Of a DNA stretch of 64,000 nucleotides, positions 12,041-26,088 are shown piece by piece. Every line of letters starts with the position of its first letter. The stretch's first letter is position 1. The position numbers and the translations under genes are program-made. Source of the stretch: the human T2T-CHM13v2.0 reference genome, Homo sapiens; the NCBI RefSeq assembly GCF_009914755.1, contig NC_060935.1; one strand, written 5' to 3'. The notes under the pieces are model-generated. The model had not been told where the DNA came from. It did not search any database and saw only the letters and a program-made list of their open reading frames with translations.

Positions 12041-14125
12041 CATCATGCTAGGTTCACGTTATTGCCAAACAAACAATAATGAAGTTGTGAGAATAATAAA
12101 TAAGAAACAAAATAATACAAACTAGGACTAATGAATACAAAGTGCACATTTCTAAGCATTTTATAAAACCTTTTCTTCTGCATTGATGAGAAAATAAGGT
12201 AGCTATCAAGGAATAAGCATCACTTAACCAAGTTTGTGATGAGTATCTGTTTCAAGCTTCTATTTTATTCTTTTTTTTTCAGACATAAGTCCTCCTTTTT
12301 GTAATGTAAGCACTGACTAGTGACACCTAGGTTTGTAGCTGTTTAAAAGAACTTGCCTCTTCATTTTCAATATAAATTCTCTTATTCCATTTATCTTGAC
12401 TCCAGGAGAATAAAACATGCTGTTGCCACTCCAAACTGGATAAAATGTGTTCAGTTCAAAAGGTTTAGAAGGGATTTATGGGGAGATAATCACACAGTGT
12501 GTTTTATGATTTGCTGTAAATTCCGTGGTTACAGCATACTAGGGCAAAGTGCTTATTCAGCATTATTAAAAGTTCAATATTGTCACTTTGCCCATTATTA
12601 CAGAATCTGGTATATAGAGTGGTTTTTCCCCAGAGAGCAATTAATACTGAGGACTGCATAATTGCTGGTTTATTTCCATTTACAGTAGTTTTTAGCACCC
12701 AAGGCCTGTTTATTTCATCTTAAGATAGTTGGTGGCTGGAGGGTGGTGGGGTGTGTCAGGGGGGATCTTCTTGGCTCCCTGTAATTGGAAAATATCCTTT
12801 CACTCTGCATTTCCAAACTCTCCCATGCTTAAACACTGAGCTCAGATGTCACATCTTTCATGAAGCTATCACTTTGTCGCTTTTCCTTCAGTCTTCCTCT
12901 CTTCTGAACTCCAATATATTTTTTGGAGATTACTTTTCTTTATAAACTGATTGTGGACATCATATGCCAGAAATGTTTTCTAATTTGTATTGTCCATGAT
13001 GGCTAGCAAATTCCATATGCATATAGAAAGGTATTTAGTGGCTTGATGAATTAGTCTTATCCAACGTAGTTAAATTGAGACAGTATATAAGAAGAAAAAC
13101 AGATATAAATTAGTTTAATAGGGTGCAGTTTTATTTTTCTTTGCAAACAGTATGTCAAAATGTTGGGGTGAGTATTTTTAAAGAGTTAATTAAAATATTA
13201 AAATTGGCTATAAATATGTGATATAGCTGGCAGAGAATTTTGGTTATTGAAGATTGCAGAAGAATAAATGAATATTTTATGAAATAGTAAATCTGGGATG
13301 TATTTTAATGCAGAAAATTGCAAGTTGAATGCATATTTACCACAATATGTTCAAATGAACTCTAAGCAAATGAAATCAACCATTGGGTTGAAATATTTTC
13401 AGCTATCTAAAAATGCAACATCAGTCCATTTTTTTGCAGGCAAAGATCTCATTTTTGTTAAATATCTAAGAACTAGTAACTCTTCTCAGAATACAAAAAC
13501 TTTTTCTAGAGAGCTGGATCTTTAGCAGTAGCTGTGTCCCTCCATGATCGAAGCTTTTCTGGACCTAGGGTCTCACTGAACTTTTCTGAGCCTAAGGTCT
13601 CCCTGAACTCTGGAAACTCTTGTCTGCTTGCCCCTTCCGTTCACAGGATTAGCACCTTCTTGCTTTTGCTAGCCATGGCTTCCCAAATCTCTGTAATATT
13701 CCTTAAATTAATGTCTATCCAATGTGTGCTTTATTTCTTTCTAGGACCCTGTATCAGGAGCAATTTCTCCCCACATTCATACATTACATTTCCTGTTGAA
13801 GGATGTTTTGGATTTTGGAGGGGTTGATTTCCACATCCCTTTTTTGAATCTATTTAACTTCTCTTTACTTGAAGATGTCAACCTGAAAACTACTTTTTTT
13901 TTTTTAAAAAGGACATCTTTATTTGTATTAACCTCTAACTTAAATATAGCATTTTCTTTCATTATAAATATAGATGGGAAACCATAGTGTTATTAGTGGT
14001 ACATATGTTTTTGTTGCCAATAGAAATCCCGGGCATTTTTATTTCACATTACAGTTGTTGCAGATATCTCAAAAAATGTTTACTGCTGCTTTGAGATTAT
14101 GGTGGATATTAGACTTGCTGCTAGA

Positions 14126-14554
14126 TTTTATTATTATTATTATACTTCAAGTTCTAGGGTACATGTGCACAACGCGCAGGTTTGTTACATATGTATACAT
14201 GTGCCATGTTGGTGTGCTGCACCCATTAACTCGTCATTTACATTAGGTATATCTCCTAATGCTATCCCTCCCCCTCCCCCCACCCCACAACAGGACCCAG
14301 TGTGTGATGTTCCCCTTCCTGTGTCCAAGTTTTCTCTTTGTTCAATTCCCACCTATGAGTGAGAACATGCAGTGTTTGGTTTTTTGTCCTTGTGATAGTT
14401 TGCTGAGAATGATGGTTTCCAGCTTCATCCATGTCCCAGCAAAGGACATAAACTCATCCTTTTTTATGGCTGCATAGTATTCCATGTTGTATATATGCCA
14501 AATTTTCTTAATCCAGTCTATCATTGATGGACATTTGGGTTGGTTCCAAGTCTT
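14126..14554 (-). mobile_element. 5'-truncated L1PA (PA4/PA5-like) 3' end
   Basis: (tta)n tail, then tatacttcaagttctagggtacatgtgcacaac...ggacatttgggttggttccaagtctt. Confidence 0.92.
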
Positions 14555-14839
<285 letters not shown>

Positions 14840-15319
14840 CTGGAAACTACTTTTAACTCAATTGCATCTCTTATAAAAAGAGACATAAAGGCCAGAACTT
14901 GACTCAGCAAGTCACTTAAAGTCAGAAGAGTTGTAGATTTACCACAAACTTTAAATTATAGATATGCTACATATATTAAAATACATTAAAATAAAAGCTG
15001 CAATTTCATGAGAAAAAAAATAACGAATAGGTTAAAGCTTAAGGAACCTCCCAAATACGACAATCCAAACTTAGTAGTTTTTAAATGTTTGTAGAGATTT
15101 CAAGTCTGTGTAGAAACTCTATTTTCTCTCTTCCAGTTATTTATTGCTAACAATGCTTAGTTTTGTAATTTAAGATTTTCAGTGATATAAACATTTATTA
15201 AGCACAAAATTCTTAGATAACTTAAATATGGTGTCTATCTTCCAAAAGTTTGCCTGTAATTCTGATTCTGCCTCCTACTTAAGCACCTGTAAACTGCCTC
15301 TCACACTTAACTTTCTACA

Positions 15320-15730
15320 GTGACTGTTCTTTCAAAAGTCATTGATGACCTATTTAGTTGTTAAATTTAGCCCTGGATTTTTCTTTGTTCTCCTGGGATT
15401 TGTAGTAGTGCTTCTCCTTTTCTATCTTGAAACTATCTCCTTTCAAATCTCCCATGAATTTGTTTACCTTGGTTCTGTCCTTTTCACTGAACTTTCTGTA
15501 CACATGTCACTTTCTCTTGCTCTTTTCTCTCTATTTTTAACTTCTCTCTCATCCCGGGCTCTCAGAAAAATATTTACCATTACCAACTCATATCCTGAAT
15601 TCTGATTCTGTATTTCAGTCTGTCTGCTGGGTATCTATTTTTGATGTCATAAAATCATCTGTGTCTACATTCTTAAGTAAAATTTTTGCATTCCACCTTC
15701 TTACTACTGAAATAAAACCTTCAATTTCTT
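15320..15730 (+). mobile_element. L2 fragment
   Basis: aaagtcattgatgaccta..., pyrimidine-rich L2-like text, tctgctgggtatcta; very decayed. Confidence 0.5.
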
Positions 15731-15753
15731 TCTAAGTTAGCATAGTTTAGTGA

Positions 15754-16079
15754 AGAAGTTGAAAAATTATGGCCCGTGGATCAAATCCAGGCTGCCACCT
15801 GTTTTTATACAGTGTGCAAATAATGTTTGTTATATTTCAAATGGTTGAGAAAATGAGAGAAGAATAATATTTCATGACATGAACATTTTATAAAAATCAA
15901 ATTGTATTCATAAATAACATTTTAAAGGAACACAGCCATGCCTATTCCTTTACTTGTTGTCTAAGGCTTCTTTTGACCTATAATGACAGAGTTGAGTAGC
16001 TGTGACAGAGACAATGTGGGCTGCAAAGCTTAAAATATTTAATATCTGGTCATTTAGAGAACAAGTCTATTGACTCCAG
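15754..16079 (+). mobile_element. MER58B (hAT-Charlie)
   Basis: tatggcccgtggatcaaatcc...ggaacacagccatgcc...cagagttgagtagctgtgacagagac...gcaaagcttaaaatattta...tctgg; ~330 bp. Confidence 0.85.
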
Positions 16080-17619
16080 TTTCAGTGGATGAAGCATGAG
16101 CTTATAGATGGAAATAAATATAAATTTTAGATATTCTTTCCCAAGAGGGATTTCAGGGAGTTAGTTAACACTAATGAACCTCAGTTTTCTTATCTGTAAC
16201 ATTGCAATGACAATAGTCAAGTCCTTAATGAAGTTTATTTTATTTAAAGTCTAAGACTAATACTGTAGATTTTTAGTTAACCTCACAATTTCGTCTTTCT
16301 TATTGGTCTTGTGAAGCAATGACAGACAAAATATATTTTATTTTGGTACTAGCTCAGAAATATTTCATAACACCTCTGTTATTCAGGGCTGTTTCAGATC
16401 AAGTGAAAGAAATTCAGCTTAAATTAACTTAACCAAACAACCATTATATTATATAATTATATACAATTTTTAGGGTTTGATTTTTTCATTATATATACAC
16501 ATATATATTTTATATATAAACATACATGGTTTATAATGTATTCTATCTATATATAGTAAGTTGTACATATGGTATTATAAAAGGACTTCTTTAAAGTGAT
16601 GTTAGAAAAATTGTTTTAACATTTTATCCTAGTTACAAAATAACTTCAGTTTATTTAAAGGCCTAAATCTGAAAGTAACAACTATATGATAATAGAAAAA
16701 TGTAGCATAATCTCTGTGATCTCCATTATTATAATTCATGAAAGAACTTTGTTCTAAGTCTTCCATTGCATCTATAACCTCAGGTATTTGTCAACACAGG
16801 AGCCACTTTTAGATTTTTCTAATAACAGTTTTCAGAACACAGTAATTTTGTCTTTCTTAAACATGTTTTAGAGTGACCACTTTTTACATTTTATGCCATT
16901 TAGCTAAAGGGAAAATATATTTTAATTTATCCTCTGTTTTTTCATGTGTATGATCTTAAACCTCCTGTTTTATCTTAGTTTTTCTCCTTTTTTTTCTCCA
17001 CTCTGTCTACTCTGTCTCTAATTCTAGAAAGATAAGTAGATAGATATTGCTATCTATATAAATATATATTGATATGTCTCTCTGTATATATGCAGATAGT
17101 GAGAGAGCTAGACATATGTCTATCTAGAGTGAGGGAGAATAGTGTTTTACTTTTTAACTCCAAAAATTGTTTTAGGATTTACCCAAGATGTAAGCCACAT
17201 GTCCTATTGATTGCTTCTTGCTACTGTAGGGTATTCCATTGTGTATGTCTTATATACTTAAGACATACCCCTATAATAGACACTGAAGTGGCCAACAACT
17301 TTTTTTGTTACAGAGTGCTACAACAACATTTGATTTCTCTTCTTGTCAACTATTGCAATAGTTTCTTTGTGGTCCATTCTAAACTGAGCTAAAGGCTAAT
17401 GTTTCTTCTACAAACAGAAAATTATTTATAAAATAAAATTCTTTGATACAGCCTCATATTACAGAAGTCCTTAGAAGAAACAATATAAAACAAAGGTTTA
17501 AAAAAACTCATTTTTATTATGGCACATGTAGTATTTCCTGGGAAATACTTATGCACAAATAAATACATGGGAGGTGGTTCAGAGAAACATATATTAAATT
17601 CATGTGAATGACTTCCTGT

Positions 17620-17764
17620 GAGTTCAAGATCAGCCTGGCCAACATGGTGAAACCCTGTCTCTACTAAAAATACAAAACTTAGCTCGGCATGGTGGCAGGC
17701 GCCTGTAATCCCAGCTACTTGGGAGGCCGAGGCAGGAGAATCGCTTGAACCTGGGAGGCGGAGG
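17620..17764 (+). mobile_element. AluS internal fragment truncated at both ends
   Basis: gagttcaagatcagcctggccaacatggtgaaaccc...aacctgggaggcggagg; no 5' end, no tail, no visible TSD. Confidence 0.9.
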
Positions 17765-19285
17765 AGCTTTTCTCTGCATTATAAAATAAGGAGTGGAGGT
17801 TGGTAACAGTATTAAAATCCCATTGTGGTTTACAAAGTGCCATTAGATATATTTATAAACAATCTATGTAGGCGCCTGAGGTGGTATTAGTCGTCTCATT
17901 CCCAGATGAATTTTCTTGTATGCACTAAACTACCATTCTTTTGGATTTTATAATATAACCAAATACATTTAGAATCTAGAATTATCATAGTTATCAAAAC
18001 ATCTGTAAGTATAAGCCAACGTGACCTCTGTTTTGTGATGAAATATACTTTAAAGAGAAAACAGAATAAATTATGCTACTCAGCAGACAAATATATTTAT
18101 TGAAAAAAATATAATATATAGATTGCTCAGGTGAACATTTCTGATATTAACATAGTTGCTGATTACACAAGGTCTGACTGAGGAGGAAAACAAGTGTCAT
18201 TGCCAAGATGGTGTGTGGAAAGATCATTTGCCAAAGAGATGTTTCCACCAAGAAGCTTTCTAGATACAGAACCTGAAATAAACGAGAAGAGGCATAATAT
18301 TGGTGGGTTCTTCAAAGTTACCATGTAAGAGCTGAAAGAGAGCCCAAATAGATTCTCCTTCTGGGAATTCTCCTATAGAGCATCACAAGAGAGTGTGACA
18401 CGAATATCAATCACTATTAGAGCATTCAAATAACTCAAAAAGGCAACATAGTGTCAATGGATATTGGGAGTGGGTGGGAACCAGTTGACACATTTGGGCA
18501 ACTTTAAAATATTGTTATTTAAACTTGGCCCCCAAATGTTAACAGACAGGAGTTTGGAGTCAGACTGACCTGGGTTTAAATCCTAGAGTGAACACACTGA
18601 TGTGACTACAATAGCAGGTCAATTTTAAACCAAGACCAAGCCAAACCAAATATAAAATTCCAAAGTGATTTGGAAGAACGATATGAAGTTTGCAAAGGAA
18701 ATATTTAAAAACAATTACAGATTTACTGAAAGCCCTTAAGGACATAAAAGAGTTGAGAAAAAGGAGGGTGACCGAGGATATTTGAGGGCTCTTTCTTTAG
18801 AGAGAGTTGCATGTGTGCTATGATTCTCCACCACCCCTAAGCAGAGGGGTGAGGGCACTTACTCCCAACCTCAATTCTAATGAAAGATGCTTTGATAAGA
18901 TCCCTTGGAGTGTTTGGTATGTGCTTCCTATAATTGTAAGAAAGTAGCAGAATTAACTCTTATTGAGGAATATAAAGGCTATAGATGTCAGCTTGAGGCA
19001 ATAGGGCAAAGAGGTGAGAGCAGGAGAGAGAGAAAGATAGAGAGAGAACATCCAGTGTTGCTCCTGCTTGGGTGCTATATGTTACAATGGCAAAATTAAA
19101 AAAATAGGAATTAATGTCTTCATCTATGAGCACATCCACAACCTACCTCACTGTTTACATCCAAGGAATTTAAATCCTGTTTATTTTATATCCTAATGCA
19201 TTTCCTATATCCATTAGTTTTCTCTATTCTAACTGCTACTATCTTAGTCACCTAGCAAAAACATGCTGGTGGTGGGGGGCGGGGG

Positions 19286-19286
<1 letters not shown>

Positions 19287-19317
<31 letters not shown>
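19287..19317 (+). repeat. (GA)n microsatellite preceded by a G-run
   Basis: Direct reading. Confidence 0.95.
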
Positions 19318-19320
<3 letters not shown>

Positions 19321-20419
19321 ATTTCCATGTCCACACTGAGCAATAGATAAAGTTATGCCAAAGACAAGAAGGTGGAAATATTTCACCAGCCCTAGATGTG
19401 TGTGATTTGACTTGGAGAAAGAACTGGCCTAAAGTAATTTACAAGACTTACTAGGAGAATACCTATAAGCATGATGGACCCTCAACAGAGAAATTCTGAG
19501 TGGAATAAACTTCTAAAAGCCAGGGTTTGAAGGAAGAATGACATACCAAAGAAGATACTTTTTCGTATCTGGGAAGGTGTCATCTTCTGTTTAGGACAAA
19601 GTAAGGATGGCAGAGTATGGATTCTGAGTAACATGCCAATGTGATGAGTCAAAGAAGCATTCGCTCTGATTATCTGATGGGTGAAGGGGTTTCAAGTCTC
19701 CCAACAGCAATGCCTGTTTAACAAGAACTTCATTTAACCTTACCTGTCTCCCTCAATGTACCCATTTTGCACCCCCATCAGGAACTAAATAGAATTTTTA
19801 GTTTTCAAGCCGAGAATTCCTACTCCTCACAGTGGAGAAATGAGATTTTAATTTCACTCAATATTCATGTTTGACGCATTGAATTAAGACTGTGTGATTT
19901 CAGTAACTGTAGGATGTTCCATTAGATCTGAGTAAACAGAGAAGTTCATAAGGCTTGACCACATTTATTCCATGGCAGGAGAAAAACTACCTCTACTGAC
20001 TAAATATAGAGAGACAGTGAGGGACAAGAATAAAAGTGCATTTTAATTATATTTCACAATTCTAGCTTGTTCCAAAGCACCCACTACATTACATGGGACA
20101 AGTTCACCGCCCTGAACTTCAATTTTCCCATCTGTAAAATAAGGATAGTAGTAATTGCCTGAGAAGGCAAGCAGACAATTAGAAGAAATTAACTGTATTT
20201 AGAGTTCTATTTATCTTTCCACAGTACCTGAAGCACATGAATTTCTGATTAGTATTAGTCTCTTTATCTCCTCCTCTCTGTTGTAGACATAGATTATGGA
20301 AAACCTTTCTGGCTTTTCTCTCATTAAAACAATCTAAAACTCTCAGCAATTTCAAATTCTACATTTGTACTTTTACATCTGAATAAAATGCACTAATTGT
20401 GACAGGGTCTTTCTATTCC

Positions 20420-21390
20420 CACTTGAATTAAAGCATGTAGATCAGCCATATTTACCTCTAAACTTTGTTTCCAAATTATATCATGAGTTCCTGACATAAA
20501 TATTCCACTCTCTACTAAAGAGTCTCCCTTAAATGCCTGGCAAATATCTCAAATTTGCTGTCAACATCTGAATTAATGTCTCACCCATCCAAAGCTGCTC
20601 CTCCTTTGGTGCTATGTGTATAGCACAACTTAAAAAGTAGGAATTAATGTCTCATCTTCATCTGTGAGCACCTCCACAATCTACCTCACCATTTATACCC
20701 AAGCAATTTGAATCCTGTTTATTTTGTACCCTAATGCATTTCCCAGATCCATCAGTTTTCTCTAACTGCCACTATCTAAGTCATCTAGTGACAACACACA
20801 ATGGGTCACATTTACTTCCAAAAATTTGACTCCATCTCCTATCCTTTGCTTAAAGTTATTCACTAATTTATAAGATCTTCATGGTGTGTATCTTGACTGA
20901 TTCACTCATCCAGGCTATGCTATATACTTGACCTTGACACCACTGAGCATGCTATTTTTTCTGTCTGAAACACCCCATGCCATACTTTTCATTTGTTGAA
21001 AATCTGTTCCTTTTTTGTAATTTTGTTTAAGAGACACTTCCCTAAGAGGGATTTCTTTGAATGTCAGACAAAGATATGTGTGATATTTAGCTGGCGTCTG
21101 CTGGGATGTCTAAACTGATTATTTAAGGCTGATATTTTTCCATTCTGAATGTTTAGTGCCTATGTATGTTGAATGTTACCCTGAGTTTAGACCCAGACAG
21201 AGTCTCCTAGCATATTATTATTATTCTATTACAAATCTAATCAAACTTCCATATCTTACTTTTCAGTCTTAACCTCTAAAAAGTAAGCTCCTGAAGGGCA
21301 AGGACTGGGCCTGTTTTCCACATAATCCTCAGTACCTAAACATAGCCAGATTCATGGAAGATAAGAAATAGTTATGGAATAATTAATATA
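20420..21390 (+). mobile_element. L2 3' region fragments
   Basis: aaatatctcaaattt...tgaattaatgtc; tgtctgaaacacc; aagctcctgaagggcaaggactgggcctg...cctcagtacctaaacatagcc (L2 3' end). Confidence 0.6.
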
Positions 21391-22339
21391 AATCCAATAA
21401 TTTTGTTGACTACTTTGTTTGCTGAATGTTCTATATTCCTTTTAGAGTCTGATTAATGTGGTAAATTACTAGGGCAATATTTTAGCAAAATAATAGGTAG
21501 CTGCCAAAAAATTTGAAACAACGTTACTCTCTAAGAGAATTTTCACGCAATAGATGGGATTAGTCACTTATTGGAGGAAACAAAATATCTGACATTGTGG
21601 GACAGCAGATTTGGAACACCAATACTCTAATCATTGTAAACTGAAGCTAAATGCCTGAAGAAATCTAAGAATTCTATAGCAGTATAGGAAGAGAAAAATT
21701 AGCTCATTGTATTATTTCCCTGATGAAGAAAGGCCATGTGAATATTGTCAGCCTACAGACCAGAAAAAAACAACAACAAAACCCCTCAAGATCTAGAATT
21801 TTGCTAACTGATATTAAACACCAGACAATAAAAATAGTGCCTTTCCCACAGACCAATCCCTGTGAGAGCAATATATCTTTGTTTCAGAGATAGCTGCATC
21901 ATACCACCATATTCAATTACCACTACATACAAGGAATATGTAATTGACATTTCTTTTCTAACACTATGTTTATCCATCAACTATAGAATTGTAATCTGAC
22001 TTTCTATGCCTCTATTCCTATAGAGAGATAATAGTGTTTTAGCAATTCTTTGTATAAAAATTGTAGTTATTATTGAAAATCAACCAACTGGCATTCAGGC
22101 TTATATTATACATCAGTCTCTCATTGACTTCAGTTAACTTTGGTTCACTCCTAAAAGACACAACAGATCTTGGTATGGTGACAAAATTGGGTACTTAAGT
22201 CTGAAAATTTGAGAGCCAAACTCTAGACTTTGGTAAATTTTCCAAGATGCTTTGAATATAATGGTAAACATAAGGATGAGAATAATGATGATGAGAAAAT
22301 TATTCTTCATTATTTGCTTATTATGTAGACAATACCATG

Positions 22340-22510
22340 ATTAATCTGTACTGTCTATTCTTTACAATAACAATCTGATAAATTATACCATCTTACTTCT
22401 TCAGAGGAAAAGACTGAGGTTTAAGAAATTACAAAAAATCACTTAGAAAGTAAATGGTAAATTCAAGATTCAGTCACAAGTCTGTTAGAATCCAGACCCC
22501 AAGCTCTTTC
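22340..22510 (-). mobile_element. MIR
   Basis: tctttacaataac...cagaggaaaagactgaggtttaaga...agtaaatggt...gattcag...gtctg...tccagacc. Confidence 0.6.
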
Positions 22511-24639
22511 TCCCTATGACATATTATCTCACAGATCTATTTTCACAGCTTTAGACATCTGTTTGCCTGGTAACACAACAGTGCTGCCATGTTGTTTTCA
22601 TTTAACCTTCAATAATTTGTTTAAACACGCAAACAAAAGTAGGTATAGTTCTTGAATCATTTCAACCATAATTTTCAAGTGAAATACTACATAAGGACTT
22701 ACAGTTTTGAATCTACTAGGTACTAGCTAATAAAATTGTGTCAATAAGTTATGATTACTTGCTATGTTGTCACCAATGTAAAACTCATTCTTATGCTCAG
22801 TGCATGCCCCTCACTTTCTATCAAATATATCTGGTAAATCATACGGTTAAAATAAAAAAGGAGCAATTTATTTAGAATTTAAGGCACATGCATTTGTAAA
22901 CCTTAACTGAAAGTTCGCTTACTTCCCTATTAGGCCATTGTTCAGGATCATATACTTATTTCAATGCCATTCTCTTGAGATACCTAATATGGAGTAGGAA
23001 ATGGAGATCTAAACATTTGCATCCATCCAGAGACAACAGGCAACCATGAATACCTGAACAGAGGAGGAAGATTTTCCCAAAATCTATTTTTGGGTTTATA
23101 ATATACAACTTGGGTAATCTGAATGTGGCAGATGTTTTCATTTTAGAGCAAGAAGCGACCCTCAAGGATAAATTTATCTCTCATATTTTATAAAAGAGAA
23201 AACAGAGACCCACATGGAAGAAGTGGGAATTTATTTCTTGACATTTTGTTTTGCTCTTTCTCCTTTCCTGTGCTGTCGCATACAATATTGTTATTTTTGT
23301 AAGACCTTTGTGACTTTTTTCCTCTATGTGGAATAGTCGTGATTGAGGGACGTGACACATCTTCTAATGCTTTATTTAGACCATTATTAAGAGCATTTTT
23401 ACACCTTTGTGAAGTTCTTTTATTTTACTAGTGTCTTTCTACCTCAATTTGGTGAGGAAATACTTGCTGGTGGGAGGTAAAATGACAGGTATAGAGGCAA
23501 AGTTAATTTATTTAACTTCTCCACAAACTCTAATTCCACCTCCAAAAAAGTTTAGATTTAAAAATATTTAAGCAAAATTCTACTCTGATATAAATTCAGA
23601 CATAGTTTAGTTGGTGATTGCCTCTCATTCTACTCTTTAAGCAAGTTTCTTAAGGTAGGTGGAGATGAGTGAGAAAAGGGAGGAGGAGGGAAGGGCAAGG
23701 TCAGGTGGGAATAGGGAAGCAGCCCCATCGAGGGGAACACAGGAACAACATGGCCCAAAATGCTCTCTATTCACCTAGCTAATTCTCCTGGGATGAGGCC
23801 AATAAAAAAGATGACAAGGTTCCAAGAGATTCTGTGTAACCATAAAAATAACTTATCATCCTGGATATTTAAGCTACCAGCCCTAACTAAATGGCTCCAA
23901 AGTCATCTGGATCTTAGAAGGATTTAAATCCTGTAGCCAGAAATTGGATCACTACAAATAAAGAGCTTGCTTCCCCAGTCATTTAATTTACTTTACAATC
24001 ATGCTTTTATAGCATTTTACAACTTTCAACTTTTTTTGTAGCACGCATTGTTTTATGAGAGAGTTTTACTGTAGTTACAAAGTAAATAGGAAACATAATA
24101 CAGCATCCAGGCAGCAAAGTGTTAAATCACATTATAAGGCAATTTATAAGGGAGGAGATAAATAGCTTTGGGAGGACTCGGTCTGCAAAGCATTTCCAGG
24201 AAGCCATGATTAATTGTTCATAGAAATAAATCCCCGTTCTCTTATGAGAGCAGTATTATGTTCAGAGGTCTTACATATCCACGAGGCTCCCTAAGGAAGA
24301 TAAATTATACTGACTTTAACACTGAAACAGAAATAGAAGGACAGTAGTAAATCAATAATGAATTTATATAGAAAAAATATTAAATTTATTTTCCATTTAC
24401 AGAGAAATACATGATCTTTGAACACGTTATCCACTTTGAATGGAAAGTGGAGTTTTGTTTTGTTTTGTTTTGTTTGTCTTGATTTTTAAATAACTATTAG
24501 GAGACATGAGGATTTTAATTTTTTCAGTTGGTTTTAATTGGGAAATCCATTCCAATGCTTTGGGTTTTAACCAATACTGAGTCAAATTACATAGGGTCCT
24601 ATTCAATTATACTGCTGTTTTGAGTGTCTACTATTTGTC

Positions 24640-25330
24640 ACTCATTCATGTATTAGGCAAATATTTGTTGAGCGTATATTATGTGTCTGTCACTGTTGTG
24701 GATCTTGATATTAATAAAACAACAGTGAAATAAAAATACAAAGGGACTACCTTCAAGTTGCTTGTAATCTAGAAAAGACAAAAATTATGCACAGAAAAAA
24801 ACATTATTCAGTAGTAGAAATACAGTAAGTTTAGGGGGCATAGATAGAGTGATAGAGTTTTCTATCATAGAAGACTCAGGAAAGGGCTCCTTGAGACGGT
24901 TTATTTGTCTTGAGTGAAGTTAGGGAATAAGTTATTTGACTATCTGGGGGAAGAATATTCCAGAAAAGTAAACAAAAGGGGCAAATGCTTTAAGATGCAA
25001 TATGTTATGAGTTTGAGGAATCACAAGGTCATGTTGGCTCAAGTGACCATGGGGGAGATTGATAGGAAAGAGGCCAGAGAGGTAGTAGGGAGTCAAATCA
25101 TATTAGGACTTGAAGGAAGCCACTGAAGCTTATAGCATGGGAGTGATACAATCTGATTTGCAATTTAGAAATATCTCCTCTGTGAGTAATAGCTGACGGG
25201 AGGACAAAGGGAGAAGCAGAGAGATCATTCATCAGTTACTTTAATTGTAGGAAAGAATCATACTGTCATGGCCTAAGGAGATTACAAGGGAAAAAATGAA
25301 AGGTGGTTATATTTCAAATATATTTTGGCA
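24640..25330 (-). mobile_element. L2 3' end
   Basis: cattcatgtattaggcaaatatttgttgagc...; ggggaagaatattccaga; agtgatacaatctgatttgcaatttaga. Confidence 0.75.
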
Positions 25331-25879
25331 TGTCAAAAACTATGCTAAAGCCTGTATATGTAATATCTTATTTAATAAGACCAGATGAGGAAGACAGATA
25401 CTATCATGTCCATTTCTACATGAGAAATTTGTAGCTGAAAAATGTCAAGTAACTTTTTCAATATTCCTGTACTAGTAAATGATAAAATTAAAAATGATTA
25501 AACCTCTTTTGTCTATTTCCATTACTTGAGTGTTTATTCACAGTAAAACTTTGCCTTTTATTTAACCTCATCTACAAATTAGGCCATTAACAATAGGACA
25601 ACAAGAGGAAAATTGACTCAAAATATTAGCTACAGTTGTAATAAAATACAACTTTTCTTTTCTGTTAAATTGGCCTTTTGTTGCTGATCATCAAATATGG
25701 ATCTCCTGAACCACCTTGGAATAAAAGTATTAGTTGCAAAACTGGAGGAGGTAAGATTCTAAGATATCAGACAGTGAGGATGTAGACAAATGAAAAAAAA
25801 GAATGTCACATATGCCTCCATACCAACACATAGTTATAGGAACTAGTACTAATTAGGTTTTATTTATTCTTTTTGGTCG

Positions 25880-26088
25880 AAGCTCCGCCTCCCGGGTTCA
25901 CGCCATTCTCCTGCCTCAGCCTCCCCAGTAGCTGAGACTACAGGTGCCCACCACTGTGCCCGGCGAATTTTGTTGTGTTTTTAGTAGAGACAGCGTTTCG
26001 CCGTGGTCTCGATCTCCTGAACTCGTGATCTGCCCGCCTCAGCCTCCCAAAGTGCTGGGATTACAGGTGTGAGCCACCGTGCCTGGCC
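25880..26088 (-). mobile_element. AluY with 12-bp left-arm deletion (AluYc/Yd lineage), 3' end missing
   Basis: aagctccgcctcccgggttcacgccattc (AluY); cgccgtggtctcgatc lacks the usual ttagccaggatg; last ~55 nt and tail absent. Confidence 0.85.

Noticed and set aside
12260-12661. Acceptor-like site at ~12282 and 102-aa ORF 12353-12661
   Set aside because: No recognisable protein, non-ATG start and no convincing donor site.
17035-17130. Palindromic tagacatatgtcta and neighbouring imperfect inverted repeats
   Set aside because: Low-complexity TAGA/TA sequence yields such palindromes by chance.
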